IMG/VR virus record: IMGVR_UViG_3300046047_000103
Source of the DNA: a virus
Lineage: Duplodnaviria > Heunggongvirae > Uroviricota > Caudoviricetes
Length of the DNA: 64,000 bases
Reading direction: 5' to 3' (one strand)
The notes beneath the pieces were generated by a model. The model saw nothing but the letters and a program-made list of their open reading frames with translations. It ran no database searches and was not told the DNA's origin. Below are positions 28,004 through 37,139 of this stretch, piece after piece. Each line of letters opens with the position of its first letter. The stretch's first letter is position 1. Made by a program: the position numbers and the translations under genes.

Positions 28004-29407
28004 GTGTCTATAGAGTTCATAGGGGTGGCTGCTATCGGCGTCATTGTCTTTCTGCTCGTATGGTTCTTGGTCAGCAGGTACAAGACGCCTACCATCAATG
28101 AAGCGTACATCATATCCGGCTCGACGAGCCGTGACTCGGAGGGGAACAAGTCCGTCCGCGTTCTGAGAAGTCGTGGAGGCTTCGTCTGGCCCATCTTCAA
28201 CAGGGTCGTCAGCATCTCCCTCCGTTCTCATCAGATCAGCACTGAATGCGAGGCGATCTCCAAGGATAAGATCAAGATCAAGCTCAAGGTCGTCACCACA
28301 TTCAAGGTGAATGACACCGAGGAAGACATCCGTCTTGCCGGGCAACGATTCTCCAAGCAAGAACAGCTCATGGAACCGTACGTGAAGGAGATCATTGAAG
28401 GCTCCATGCGTTCGATCGTCGGCGGCCTCTCGGTCGAGAGTCTGTTGAGTGATCGTGTCGAGTTCACGAAGCAGGTCAGAACTGAGGTCGCGGATTCGAT
28501 TGAGATCCAGGGTCTTAGACTTGATACGCTTCAGGTCCAGGACATCAGTGACCAGACCGGTTACATCGATGCGCTCGGCGCTCCGCAGGAAGCATCCGTG
28601 AAGAGGGATGCGGCGATCGCGGAGGCGAACGCTAAGCAGGAAGCCCAGAAGGCGCAGATCAGTGCTGACAAGGTCATTGCCCAGAGCCAGAAGGATCTGG
28701 CATTGCAGCAGGCTTCCATCAAGGCCGAGACCGGTAAGGCAGACGTGAACGCAGATGCCGTCAAGAATCTTGAACAGCAGGCGCAGAACAGGAAGATCGC
28801 AGAGGCCGAGGCGCTGGCCGAGGCCGAGAACGTGAAGCTTCAGAGAGTCAGGCTTGAATCTGAAGTGAACACGAAGGCCGACGCTGAGAAGTACAGGCGT
28901 CGTACTGAGGCCGAGGCGCAGGCTGAGGTCACGAAGCAGAACGCTGCCGCCGATGCCGAGTCCACAAGACTGAGCGCAGAGGCGTCCGCCAAGGCTATTA
29001 AACTTGAGGGCAATGCGAAGGCTGCCGCCGTGAGGGCGCAGGGTCTGGCTGAGGCCGAGGCGATGAACAAGAAGGCTGAGGCGTACCGTAAGTATGGTCA
29101 GGCCGCATTGCAGTCCCTGATCATCGAGAAGCTGCCGGAGCTTGCATCTGCCATCAGCAAGCCGCTTGAAGGCGCGAAGATCACGTCGGTTGGTACTGAC
29201 GCGCAGGACAGGACGTCGGGCCTTGTCACCGATCTTGCCGCCAAGCTGCCGACACTCGTGAACACGCTCACCGGTGTGGATCTTGCCGGGTCGCTTCGGA
29301 AGCTCGCTAATGGTAAGGCTGATGCTGACGCCGAGGCGCCCTCAGACAGCGCTGAATCTAAGAATGATGCTGCCGACGCCCTGGTCGAGACGACAGATGA
29401 GAAGTAG
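28004..29407 (+). CDS. SPFH/band-7 flotillin-like protein
   Basis: N-terminal TM, an SPFH core, and a long Ala/Glu/Lys coiled-coil (EAEA repeats) typical of flotillins. Confidence 0.8.
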   Translation: MSIEFIGVAAIGVIVFLLVWFLVSRYKTPTINEAYIISGSTSRDSEGNKSVRVLRSRGGFVWPIFNRVVSISLRSHQISTECEAISKDKIKIKLKVVTTFKVNDTEEDIRLAGQRFSKQEQLMEPYVKEIIEGSMRSIVGGLSVESLLSDRVEFTKQVRTEVADSIEIQGLRLDTLQVQDISDQTGYIDALGAPQEASVKRDAAIAEANAKQEAQKAQISADKVIAQSQKDLALQQASIKAETGKADVNADAVKNLEQQAQNRKIAEAEALAEAENVKLQRVRLESEVNTKADAEKYRRRTEAEAQAEVTKQNAAADAESTRLSAEASAKAIKLEGNAKAAAVRAQGLAEAEAMNKKAEAYRKYGQAALQSLIIEKLPELASAISKPLEGAKITSVGTDAQDRTSGLVTDLAAKLPTLVNTLTGVDLAGSLRKLANGKADADAEAPSDSAESKNDAADALVETTDEK

Positions 29408-29432
29408 TCATTCAGATCTGATGTGATCTCAC

Positions 29433-29475
29433 AATGGCGTCATAGAAATCAATCTATGACGCCATTCTCGTATTC
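29433..29475 (+). terminator. Rho-independent terminator-like hairpin after the flotillin gene
   Basis: aatggcgtcatag-aaatcaat-ctatgacgccatt gives a 13-bp perfect stem, followed by a T-rich run. Confidence 0.55.
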
Positions 29476-29555
29476 AGATCTGCCATGCAAAAAAAACACG
29501 TACCGTGCAGGTTCTCACGTCTATGGCGTCACAGATTGCGTCTGATGGGCATGCC
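29474..29555. repeat. Inverted-repeat element family, copy 2. A8 tract plus the right arm.
   Basis: caaaaaaaacacgtaccgtgcaggttctcacgtctatggcgtcacagattgcgtctgatgggcatgc. 48/52 identical to copy 1, in a different reading frame. Confidence 0.65.
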
Positions 29556-29975
29556 AGGTATCCGTGCGGCAATGATCGTCGTCCGATCGTCGTTCTAACT
29601 CCGGATAGATCAGATCTGCATTGCCGGCGATATCTTAACCGTATGGATACTATCGTCGTACATGTTGAAGATCATGATTACAAGTGCTTGGTGGACAATG
29701 CTCTCGGAAGGGTCGTATTCAAGCTCAAGAATGGAGTGATCTTTGACAGCAGTGAAGATCTGTTCAGTAGGATGATCACGGATGATCTTAATGAAGACGA
29801 GAAGAAGTCGGAAGATGAGATACTGTCCGTCTTATCCAGGTTAGCTGAGATCGATTCAGATCTGTCCATCAGTGTAAGCGATACGATCTTACAGCATGAT
29901 GACGATGAGGACGATCTGCCAGCACGCGGTGACTATCACGGATCTGGGTTGCTGATAGGGTCGGATTGGGAATGA
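29505..29975 (+). CDS. hypothetical protein. The 5' end overlaps the repeat element, so the true start may lie downstream.
   Basis: 156-aa ORF. Its first ~17 codons are repeat-element sequence. Confidence 0.35.
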   Translation: MQVLTSMASQIASDGHARYPCGNDRRPIVVLTPDRSDLHCRRYLNRMDTIVVHVEDHDYKCLVDNALGRVVFKLKNGVIFDSSEDLFSRMITDDLNEDEKKSEDEILSVLSRLAEIDSDLSISVSDTILQHDDDEDDLPARGDYHGSGLLIGSDWE

Positions 29976-30024
29976 CTCAAATGATGGAGGACGTCATCTG
30001 ATTCCAATGGAAGCGCTGTGAGAT

Positions 30025-31083
30025 CTACTTCTTCTTAGATCTGCGATACGTTCGCGGCTTCGGGGGATTCTGCTCCCAGATCGTCTTCACATCGTCAAGC
30101 GTGATCGTACGCGGATCGTTACCATCAGGAAGCGAGATGAACTGGGCTCGTCCCTTCGGTGTCTTCTTGAACCCGATCCATGGACCCCGCTTACCGATGC
30201 CAGTGAAGTAGCCCTCACCGATCTGTCGGGGAAGCTTGATCTCGCTGAACAGCTTGCTAGCAGCATCGAATGTGATCGTGTTCTCATCGTATCCATCTGG
30301 TATCGTCATGTTCACGGGCTTCGCGCTCTTCACCGGTGCGCCCTTCGTGTTCAGCTTCACGGCTTGCACGTATGCGCCGTACTTACCGCTCTTCGCCGTC
30401 AACTGGTAGCCAGCGTACGGACCGTCAGACAGTACTCCAAGAACATGATTCACGATCGGCTTCGCGTCGGCTAGCAGCTTCTTGCAAGCATTCGGGGATA
30501 GGGCGTCTTCACTGGTGAGAGCATCATCGTCCAATCTCACGCTCTTCACGTACCCGTCATCATTCTTCTGACCCGACGGATCTTCCAGCCATGCTCCTGC
30601 CTTGTTCACTCTCACCACGTACCCGCCGTTCAGATGGATCTCGGACAGCGTGTTGACCTCATCCCAATTGATGTTCTTGGCAAGTCCGTTCACCTTGCGG
30701 TCAATGCCGTCGGATCCCTTCCACGCCGTGTCCAGGAACTCCTTCAACGTGATCTTCCCGGACGCGATGTCGTCAAGCTGATCTTCCATGTGAGCGGTGA
30801 AGCCGTAATCAATGAAGTCGGGCATGGTCGCATCCAAGATCTGCGCGACCTTCATGCCGGTCCATGTCGGGACCATGGCCTTACCCTTCTTCTGGACGTA
30901 CCCGCGCTTCTGGTTAACGGTGACAAGATTCGCATACGTGGATGGCCGGCCGATGCCAAGCTCTTCCATCTTGGCGACCAGCTGCGGTTCCGTGTACCGT
31001 GGTGGCGGGGTAGTCGTATGGGTCTGTGGAGAGGCGTTCGAGATCACACACTCTTCCCCGACCTTGAAGTCATAGTCTGTCAT
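30025..31083 (-). CDS. topA: DNA topoisomerase IA, C-terminal cistron
   Basis: PPPRYTEPQLVAKMEELGIGRPSTYANLV. Its ATG overlaps the upstream TGA (TGATG) and is preceded by AGGAGGG. Confidence 0.8.
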   Translation of the reverse strand: MTDYDFKVGEECVISNASPQTHTTTPPPRYTEPQLVAKMEELGIGRPSTYANLVTVNQKRGYVQKKGKAMVPTWTGMKVAQILDATMPDFIDYGFTAHMEDQLDDIASGKITLKEFLDTAWKGSDGIDRKVNGLAKNINWDEVNTLSEIHLNGGYVVRVNKAGAWLEDPSGQKNDDGYVKSVRLDDDALTSEDALSPNACKKLLADAKPIVNHVLGVLSDGPYAGYQLTAKSGKYGAYVQAVKLNTKGAPVKSAKPVNMTIPDGYDENTITFDAASKLFSEIKLPRQIGEGYFTGIGKRGPWIGFKKTPKGRAQFISLPDGNDPRTITLDDVKTIWEQNPPKPRTYRRSKKK

Positions 31084-32504
31084 CAGTCCCTCCTACCGTC
31101 GTCATAGACCTTCAGGAATCCTGGGTCATCTATTCTTGTACTTGCCGTCGTGAAGACAGCCTTGCCGTCAGTTGACGTGATCGTGATCTTCTTCGTCACT
31201 CCACGGGCCGGATCCATCTGACTGGCCACGCTTCTCCTATAGACAAGATCGTACACGTCCCCGGCCTTGTCGTCGAATGCTGATCCGCCCGTCATCCTAC
31301 GGATCTTGGATGGGGCATAGAACACCCCGGTCGCCTCATCGATCACGGGACGGATGCATTCATGGCCCTCCTGCGCGTTCTTCGACTTTGACTTGTAGAC
31401 AATGGGCTTTGCCGGCATCTTGCCTCCATACTGCTTCCTGATGATAGCCCTGGCTGCATTGATCGCCTCGCTGGCCATTGCCGGGCTGTCCGTCCTGGAG
31501 TACGTCTGGTACGTGTGCTCGAAGAGCTGCTGGGCGATCGTCATAGATCTGCTTGCGGACAGTCCTAGCAGGCTTCCAACATTCTGCTGGTATGATGACG
31601 TGGTGTACGGGACGGGTGGACGTCTGGCGTACGGTCGTTCCGTGATGTCCGTGATCGTGTACGCTAATGTCTTCAAGTCGCTGACGGCCTGTTGCAGATC
31701 TTTACCTAGAAGGACGATCTTCCCCTTGTTCTTCAGCTTGCCGTCAGCCGTGAAGTCGCCGGATCCAGCCATCTTCCTGCCATTCCATTCGACGAGTGAC
31801 GCTGTGATCTCATTCGGTCTGCCTTCATTGAAGACAGCGTCAATAGATCCGTACTCTGATGGGATGAATCTGATCCGCTCCTTCTCCCGGTCGACCACGA
31901 GACGAAGCGCCGGACTCTGCGCCCTGCCGCCGGACGTTCCTGACCCTACGGTCTTCCAGAGGTACGGGCTGACGCTGAATCCGAAGAGACGATCATACTC
32001 CTGACGGGCTTGTGCAGACTGTGCTTTCAAGGTGTCCACAGATCCGTACGCTTCAAGTCCGGCAAGCACGGCCTTCTTCGTGATCTCATGCCATGATGCT
32101 CGCCTGACATCCATGTGCTGCTTCTTCAGATCGTTCTTAAGCGAGTCGGCCACCTCGTATCCGATGAGTTCGCCGGCTTCATCAGGGTCAGTGCTGACAT
32201 AGAAGTGCTTCCAGCGGCCAGATCTGACCGCATCCCTGATCTCATTCCATTGCTTCCTGTTCTGCGGATCGTGGTCAAGCAGCCGATCATAACTGCCATC
32301 ACTGACATTGATCGAGTATGATCCGTAGATCTGCTTCTCATCCTTGGAGAGCTTCTTCGGATCCTTCAGCTCGAACATGAATCCCTTGGTAGGCATGATC
32401 AGCCATTTGGATCCCAGGAATCCGGAGATCTCCCTAGCCTTCGTCGGTGACTCTACGATCATCAGACCGCCGTCGCTTAGTATCGTTTTGATGTCATCAC
32501 TCAT
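31083..32504 (-). CDS. topA: DNA topoisomerase IA, N-terminal cistron (Toprim plus catalytic Tyr)
   Basis: IVESPTKAREI, DPDEAGELIGYEV, SGRAQSPALRLV and QTYSRTDSPAMAS (catalytic Tyr). Confidence 0.85.
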   Translation of the reverse strand: MSDDIKTILSDGGLMIVESPTKAREISGFLGSKWLIMPTKGFMFELKDPKKLSKDEKQIYGSYSINVSDGSYDRLLDHDPQNRKQWNEIRDAVRSGRWKHFYVSTDPDEAGELIGYEVADSLKNDLKKQHMDVRRASWHEITKKAVLAGLEAYGSVDTLKAQSAQARQEYDRLFGFSVSPYLWKTVGSGTSGGRAQSPALRLVVDREKERIRFIPSEYGSIDAVFNEGRPNEITASLVEWNGRKMAGSGDFTADGKLKNKGKIVLLGKDLQQAVSDLKTLAYTITDITERPYARRPPVPYTTSSYQQNVGSLLGLSASRSMTIAQQLFEHTYQTYSRTDSPAMASEAINAARAIIRKQYGGKMPAKPIVYKSKSKNAQEGHECIRPVIDEATGVFYAPSKIRRMTGGSAFDDKAGDVYDLVYRRSVASQMDPARGVTKKITITSTDGKAVFTTASTRIDDPGFLKVYDDGRRD

Positions 32505-32546
32505 GGACAGTATGGTACCGTTATGATCATTCCATGATGCGGACGG

Positions 32547-33743
32547 CTAGTCCTGGACTATCTTGCAACGATCTGCGTAGACTGTCTTCTTCGCATCGTA
32601 GTGCCCCTGTGACGACTTGAAGTCTTCTGGCGAGTGCGTGTCCACGTACTCCTTGATCTCACTGATGACGGCAGTCGCCTGGTCGACGTCAATATAGCCG
32701 GGGTATCTTGTCTCCTTCATGACGCCAGGCGTCCCCTTGTCCGTCGGTACAAGAACGACGTATGCCTTGACCTCGTCACCGTACGGGAAGATCTTCTCGA
32801 ACGCATTGAGTGAGATCTCATCAGATCTGGTTTCAGCGTACTTCTTATCTTCCGTATGCAGTTGAAGGAAGTGCGGGACTTCTATCTCGACTCCGTGGGA
32901 GTCTTTGATGGACTCGTCACGGATCTTCCAGATATGCTTCCAGTCGTCGTCACTCATGTTCCGCAAGATGAGTTCGCCCTTGCCGTCAGGCCCGCCCTGA
33001 TCTATCATGTAGTCGTTCTCGTGTACTGGCGTGTAGTACTTCGCGTCAAGCATCCATGTCATGTCGCCGTACATGATGACGCAGTCCACATCAATGTCGA
33101 AGTTCGTATCAGGTGACTCTAGCGACCAGAACGTGAAGACATTCTTGTTCTCAAGGAGACCGCTCTTTGCGACCAGACCGGCTAGTATTCTCTCGCCTTT
33201 GGCTCCGTACTTCGCCCGATCACCGAACTTCTCCACGGTCGCTACACCGCCGCCGGGCGTCCCGTATGTCTGCCCTGCCGGCAGGGTTGTGGACAGTCTC
33301 TCCAGTTCAGCAACGTCGGCCGGAGGTTCTGGTCTCCGCTTGATCCCATCTGGCTGCAGCTCCCGGTACAGATCGATTGCGAATTCGACCCGGGCATTCG
33401 GCTTGTACCATTCCTCGAATCTCTTCGTTGGCTCCCCATAGAGCAGATAGATGAACGGGTAAGCGATCACGCACGGTACAAGCGCATAGACGTGGAAGAA
33501 CCACAGCGCGATGCCAATGGCCTCGAATATGGCGAATCTGTAGAACAGCCTGTGGGGATCATAGTTCTCGGCCTCGCAATGCGCTTTGAATAGCATGAGT
33601 GCAAGCACCGTGAAGACAGCGACGAACAGCCATCTTATGATCGTGATCGGCATGAAGATGGCGGCAAGACCAAGTCCAATGACGAGGAGATCCATCTTGA
33701 CGATACCCCAGTTGATGGGTTCTTTCTCAGTATTAGTATCCAT
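32547..33743 (-). CDS. membrane-anchored NERD (nuclease-related domain) protein
   Basis: N-terminal TM helices. GAKGERILAGLVAKSGLL...DIDVDCVIMYGDMTWMLDAKYYT resembles the NERD pattern (GE..V...L ... IDhvvi...fviEtK). Confidence 0.5.
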   Translation of the reverse strand: MDTNTEKEPINWGIVKMDLLVIGLGLAAIFMPITIIRWLFVAVFTVLALMLFKAHCEAENYDPHRLFYRFAIFEAIGIALWFFHVYALVPCVIAYPFIYLLYGEPTKRFEEWYKPNARVEFAIDLYRELQPDGIKRRPEPPADVAELERLSTTLPAGQTYGTPGGGVATVEKFGDRAKYGAKGERILAGLVAKSGLLENKNVFTFWSLESPDTNFDIDVDCVIMYGDMTWMLDAKYYTPVHENDYMIDQGGPDGKGELILRNMSDDDWKHIWKIRDESIKDSHGVEIEVPHFLQLHTEDKKYAETRSDEISLNAFEKIFPYGDEVKAYVVLVPTDKGTPGVMKETRYPGYIDVDQATAVISEIKEYVDTHSPEDFKSSQGHYDAKKTVYADRCKIVQD

Positions 33744-33893
33744 GTAATCTAAATATAATTGTAGATCTCACGGAATGCAAATTCTTATAGTCTTCTGAAG
33801 TCCATCATATCATGGATCGTGTCTGATAGCAACCTGTAGACGAACGATTCTTATACTGATCTATCGTTGCAGTCTCAACGAATCCGTATGATC

Positions 33894-34496
33894 TTACTCA
33901 GATGGTGATGGGGTTCCTTCCCCATGATCTTCAAGATCGTTCCCAGATGCATTCAGATCTTTCAAGACCGAGTCCATGTTCAGCCACGTCTTGTCCGCAA
34001 CGGCGCCTGCACTGTTGACGATGATCATGTTCTTCCGCTGATCATATCCGGTGATGATGATCTGCTCCTGGTCGCTGATCTCATCGTCACTCATGTAGTA
34101 TGATCGTCTCGGCCCGTCACCAAGATCAATGATGCCCTCGCCAACCTCACCCGGCTTCGTATCAGTTATGGACTTCCCTATCTTGCCGATAGATCTGGCC
34201 TTGGACTCCTCAGGTTCGCCGGCCGAGCGCCTGATCATAACAGATATGATCTTCACGATGATGGCTGACGCGATGAACCCGGACACCGTGGCCACGCCTG
34301 CTATCATGAATGTCGGCAGTCCAAGACCAAGCGTGATAAGACCTGAAGCGCCTCCGATACCGAGGAATGCGCCAAGCGCTCCGGTGACGGATGATCCTCC
34401 GCCTTCAAGTCCGAAGTCCACGCCGATGTCCGATCCGGACGCTGATAGGAAGAGCAGACCTGCCCCCACAATGGTCGCCAAGATAAGCCAGTTCAC
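33894..34496 (-). CDS. membrane protein
   Basis: 200-aa ORF with Gly-rich TM helices. Confidence 0.45.
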   Translation of the reverse strand: MNWLILATIVGAGLLFLSASGSDIGVDFGLEGGGSSVTGALGAFLGIGGASGLITLGLGLPTFMIAGVATVSGFIASAIIVKIISVMIRRSAGEPEESKARSIGKIGKSITDTKPGEVGEGIIDLGDGPRRSYYMSDDEISDQEQIIITGYDQRKNMIIVNSAGAVADKTWLNMDSVLKDLNASGNDLEDHGEGTPSPSE

Positions 34497-35347
34497 CGCT
34501 TCACGTCCTTACCGTCTTCAACGATGTCTTCAACGATCGCCGTTCCAGCCGGGTCACGAGCGATAGCCGGCATGGATAAGATGTCTTCACTGATGACGTT
34601 ATGATCGTACTTGTCTAACAATGATCGTACGCCGTACTGACTCAGGAATGCTTGCATCGTTGGCCGGGTGGGGCTATCCACCCAATCCCACTCGACCCTG
34701 GAGTACTTCCAGTCAGGGGCTGCCTCCAGTCTGCCGTCATGGACCGCCTTCAAGACGGTCTCATGGATCCCACTGTTCGTGTTCGCCGTGCAGAAGGCGT
34801 CATCGATCGTGCCCTCGGAGTTGATGCTTACCCGGATGGATGTGATCTTCACGATGTCGTCGCCCTGCCCGGCCTGCAAGAGAAGCCCGCCGTCCTCCAT
34901 CTTGCACGGGACGGTCAGCGGACGATCAGTATCGACGGTAGCCGTGCAGAACACGGGATCCCATTCCGTCAGTCTTGCCGTGATCCCACCCTTCTTCAAG
35001 ACGGCGAGCTCAGTGTCCTCAGATCTGTCCGCAGGCCTGCCGACAGAATCTTCACGAGATGCCGGATGAGACACCGGCTTCTTGCCGATCGTGGCAAGCA
35101 AGCCGTTGATGTCCACATGCTCGGTTCCGGCTAGTTCGAGAACGTTGACAAGCTCGTTGACCGCATCTTCATCGACCCCGACAAGCCCGTGCCGTTGGAT
35201 AGCGGCTACACCAGCGGCTAGTATCGTGATGATGATCTCCGACGGTTCAGGGGCGTCAGTGTCTATCCCAGCCTCCATGAGAACCCTATTCCGATTGACC
35301 TTCCTGACGATAGCCCTTACCAGATCAATCGTGCTCCGACTACTCAC
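34493..35347 (-). CDS. hypothetical protein
   Basis: 284-aa ORF with a 4-nt overlap onto its neighbour. Confidence 0.45.
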   Translation of the reverse strand: MSSRSTIDLVRAIVRKVNRNRVLMEAGIDTDAPEPSEIIITILAAGVAAIQRHGLVGVDEDAVNELVNVLELAGTEHVDINGLLATIGKKPVSHPASREDSVGRPADRSEDTELAVLKKGGITARLTEWDPVFCTATVDTDRPLTVPCKMEDGGLLLQAGQGDDIVKITSIRVSINSEGTIDDAFCTANTNSGIHETVLKAVHDGRLEAAPDWKYSRVEWDWVDSPTRPTMQAFLSQYGVRSLLDKYDHNVISEDILSMPAIARDPAGTAIVEDIVEDGKDVKR

Positions 35348-36633
35348 AGATCCTCCCTTGACAGCTGATCTTGAAGCTCTGGCATGTCATAGGTCTCACC
35401 GACGATGAAGATCTTCGTGCTGTCAGGGATGGTCAGTCTGTCACCATTGTCTGTTATGATCATCCTTGATTTGATCATTGTCTTCATCCATGAATCCTTC
35501 CGTGGATCTAGACTGATCGCCAAGATCATGGCGTTCCCGGAGATGACGGTGAAGATCCATGATGGAATGATGACCTTATCGTCATTTATGGTGACAGATC
35601 TGCTCAGCGTGCTGGCATCCGCGTCTAGGGCGACAAGCTCTTTGCCGGACGCTTGCGCGATCATATTGACCATGGACAGGTCGCCATGCTTGCCACCAGA
35701 CATGAAGACAAGATCTTCAGCATAATCAATCCTGGCGTCTGGTACAGTATCGTCCTTCCCTACCGGGGCTCCGGGTTCCTCATCATTGCTGACAGGATGA
35801 TCTGCAACCATGTCGTCATCCTCGTCCGGCAGATCGTTGAACTCGGAGTACCGTCCCATCAGATCCATGGCCCCTCCATGGGCGCCAGATCCGTCATGAG
35901 AGGAGATCATGCTCTCTATGGAGTCAGCGAGCTGCATCGGATCTATTGGATCATCATCCTCGTCTTCCGTCATGGCGGCAAGCTTGTCAGCATCAGTGCT
36001 TTCATCCAGATCTGTACCGACCTTGAATCCGTCCGGGGCTGATGACCAGACCGTCATTTCCATAAGGTTAGGTATCTTATCCAGTCCACCGTCCTTACGG
36101 ATCGATCCGATCGGGAAGTATGTCGTGGCATCATTACCGGCTAGCGTGATGATGACATCATTGCCTGACTTACTGATGAACCCCCTGATCTTCCCGTAGT
36201 CTTCCAGCTTGTAGCCAGTGAATCTGACCTCGGCCGGCTTGCCGTACAGATCGTTCAGACGAGCGCTGGAGAGATCAAGCTTTCTAGCCGGTTCCTGCTG
36301 ATCTTGATGATCATCCGTCAGAACGGTGCCATCATCTGGTTGATCATCAAGGGCATCCACGTCGTCCGCATCCACGTCAGCAATGATGTCAGCCCATTGC
36401 TTCGCGAAGATCTTACGCTGGGCGTCCTGCTTCACGTCAAGTCCATCGATCGTGTTGATCATGTTCCAGTACCGAAGCAGTGACGCTTTGTCCACGTACG
36501 CGCTGACATCTGGTATCAGTGAGATGTTGTCATAGTCTTTGAATGATCCGTCAAGATCACCGGAGCGTATCTTGCTAAGAGCTGAATCTTGCAGCCCTCT
36601 CGTCATCTTAAGAGATGCATTGTCATCAGTCAT
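35344..36633 (-). CDS. hypothetical acidic protein
   Basis: 429-aa ORF. Confidence 0.45.
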   Translation of the reverse strand: MTDDNASLKMTRGLQDSALSKIRSGDLDGSFKDYDNISLIPDVSAYVDKASLLRYWNMINTIDGLDVKQDAQRKIFAKQWADIIADVDADDVDALDDQPDDGTVLTDDHQDQQEPARKLDLSSARLNDLYGKPAEVRFTGYKLEDYGKIRGFISKSGNDVIITLAGNDATTYFPIGSIRKDGGLDKIPNLMEMTVWSSAPDGFKVGTDLDESTDADKLAAMTEDEDDDPIDPMQLADSIESMISSHDGSGAHGGAMDLMGRYSEFNDLPDEDDDMVADHPVSNDEEPGAPVGKDDTVPDARIDYAEDLVFMSGGKHGDLSMVNMIAQASGKELVALDADASTLSRSVTINDDKVIIPSWIFTVISGNAMILAISLDPRKDSWMKTMIKSRMIITDNGDRLTIPDSTKIFIVGETYDMPELQDQLSREDL

Positions 36634-36725
36634 GCTTCCTCCATGTTCTTATACGGCTCATAGTACCATAAGAAGATATTCAAGATGGCCCTTGTCAACA
36701 GGATGGGATATGATGATCACATAGG

Positions 36726-37139
36726 TTGACGACTAGTACGGAAGGACCTGATATGGCTGCGAGAACGGTCGAGTATGACAAGTTCAATAATTCCCTGCAA
36801 CGCGAGCTGAGTGAGAATGACGATCCGTCTCACGTTATGGACATTGACGTCCATGAGTATGATGGTATGATCGGCATCTGCAGGATGACGGACGCTAAGA
36901 ACAGTACGATCATGGGGCGGCTGGTAAGACGGAGGGATGGGGTGATGATGCTGTCATCTGACGTCAGTGAACTTGAAGAAGCATCAGAACCCGTCGAGCA
37001 AGGATTTGATCCCGTGGTTCTGTCCGACAGGTTCGGCCAGCCGGCCGTGGAGACCCTGGAGACGGTGAAGAGTCTGATCGTCGTGAGCTCACCTGACGGC
37101 AAGCATGTGGAGTCAACGATCGTATGGTCTCGCAGATGA
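36726..37139 (+). CDS. hypothetical protein
   Basis: 137-aa ORF between two minus-strand blocks. Confidence 0.4.
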   Translation: MTTSTEGPDMAARTVEYDKFNNSLQRELSENDDPSHVMDIDVHEYDGMIGICRMTDAKNSTIMGRLVRRRDGVMMLSSDVSELEEASEPVEQGFDPVVLSDRFGQPAVETLETVKSLIVVSSPDGKHVESTIVWSRR

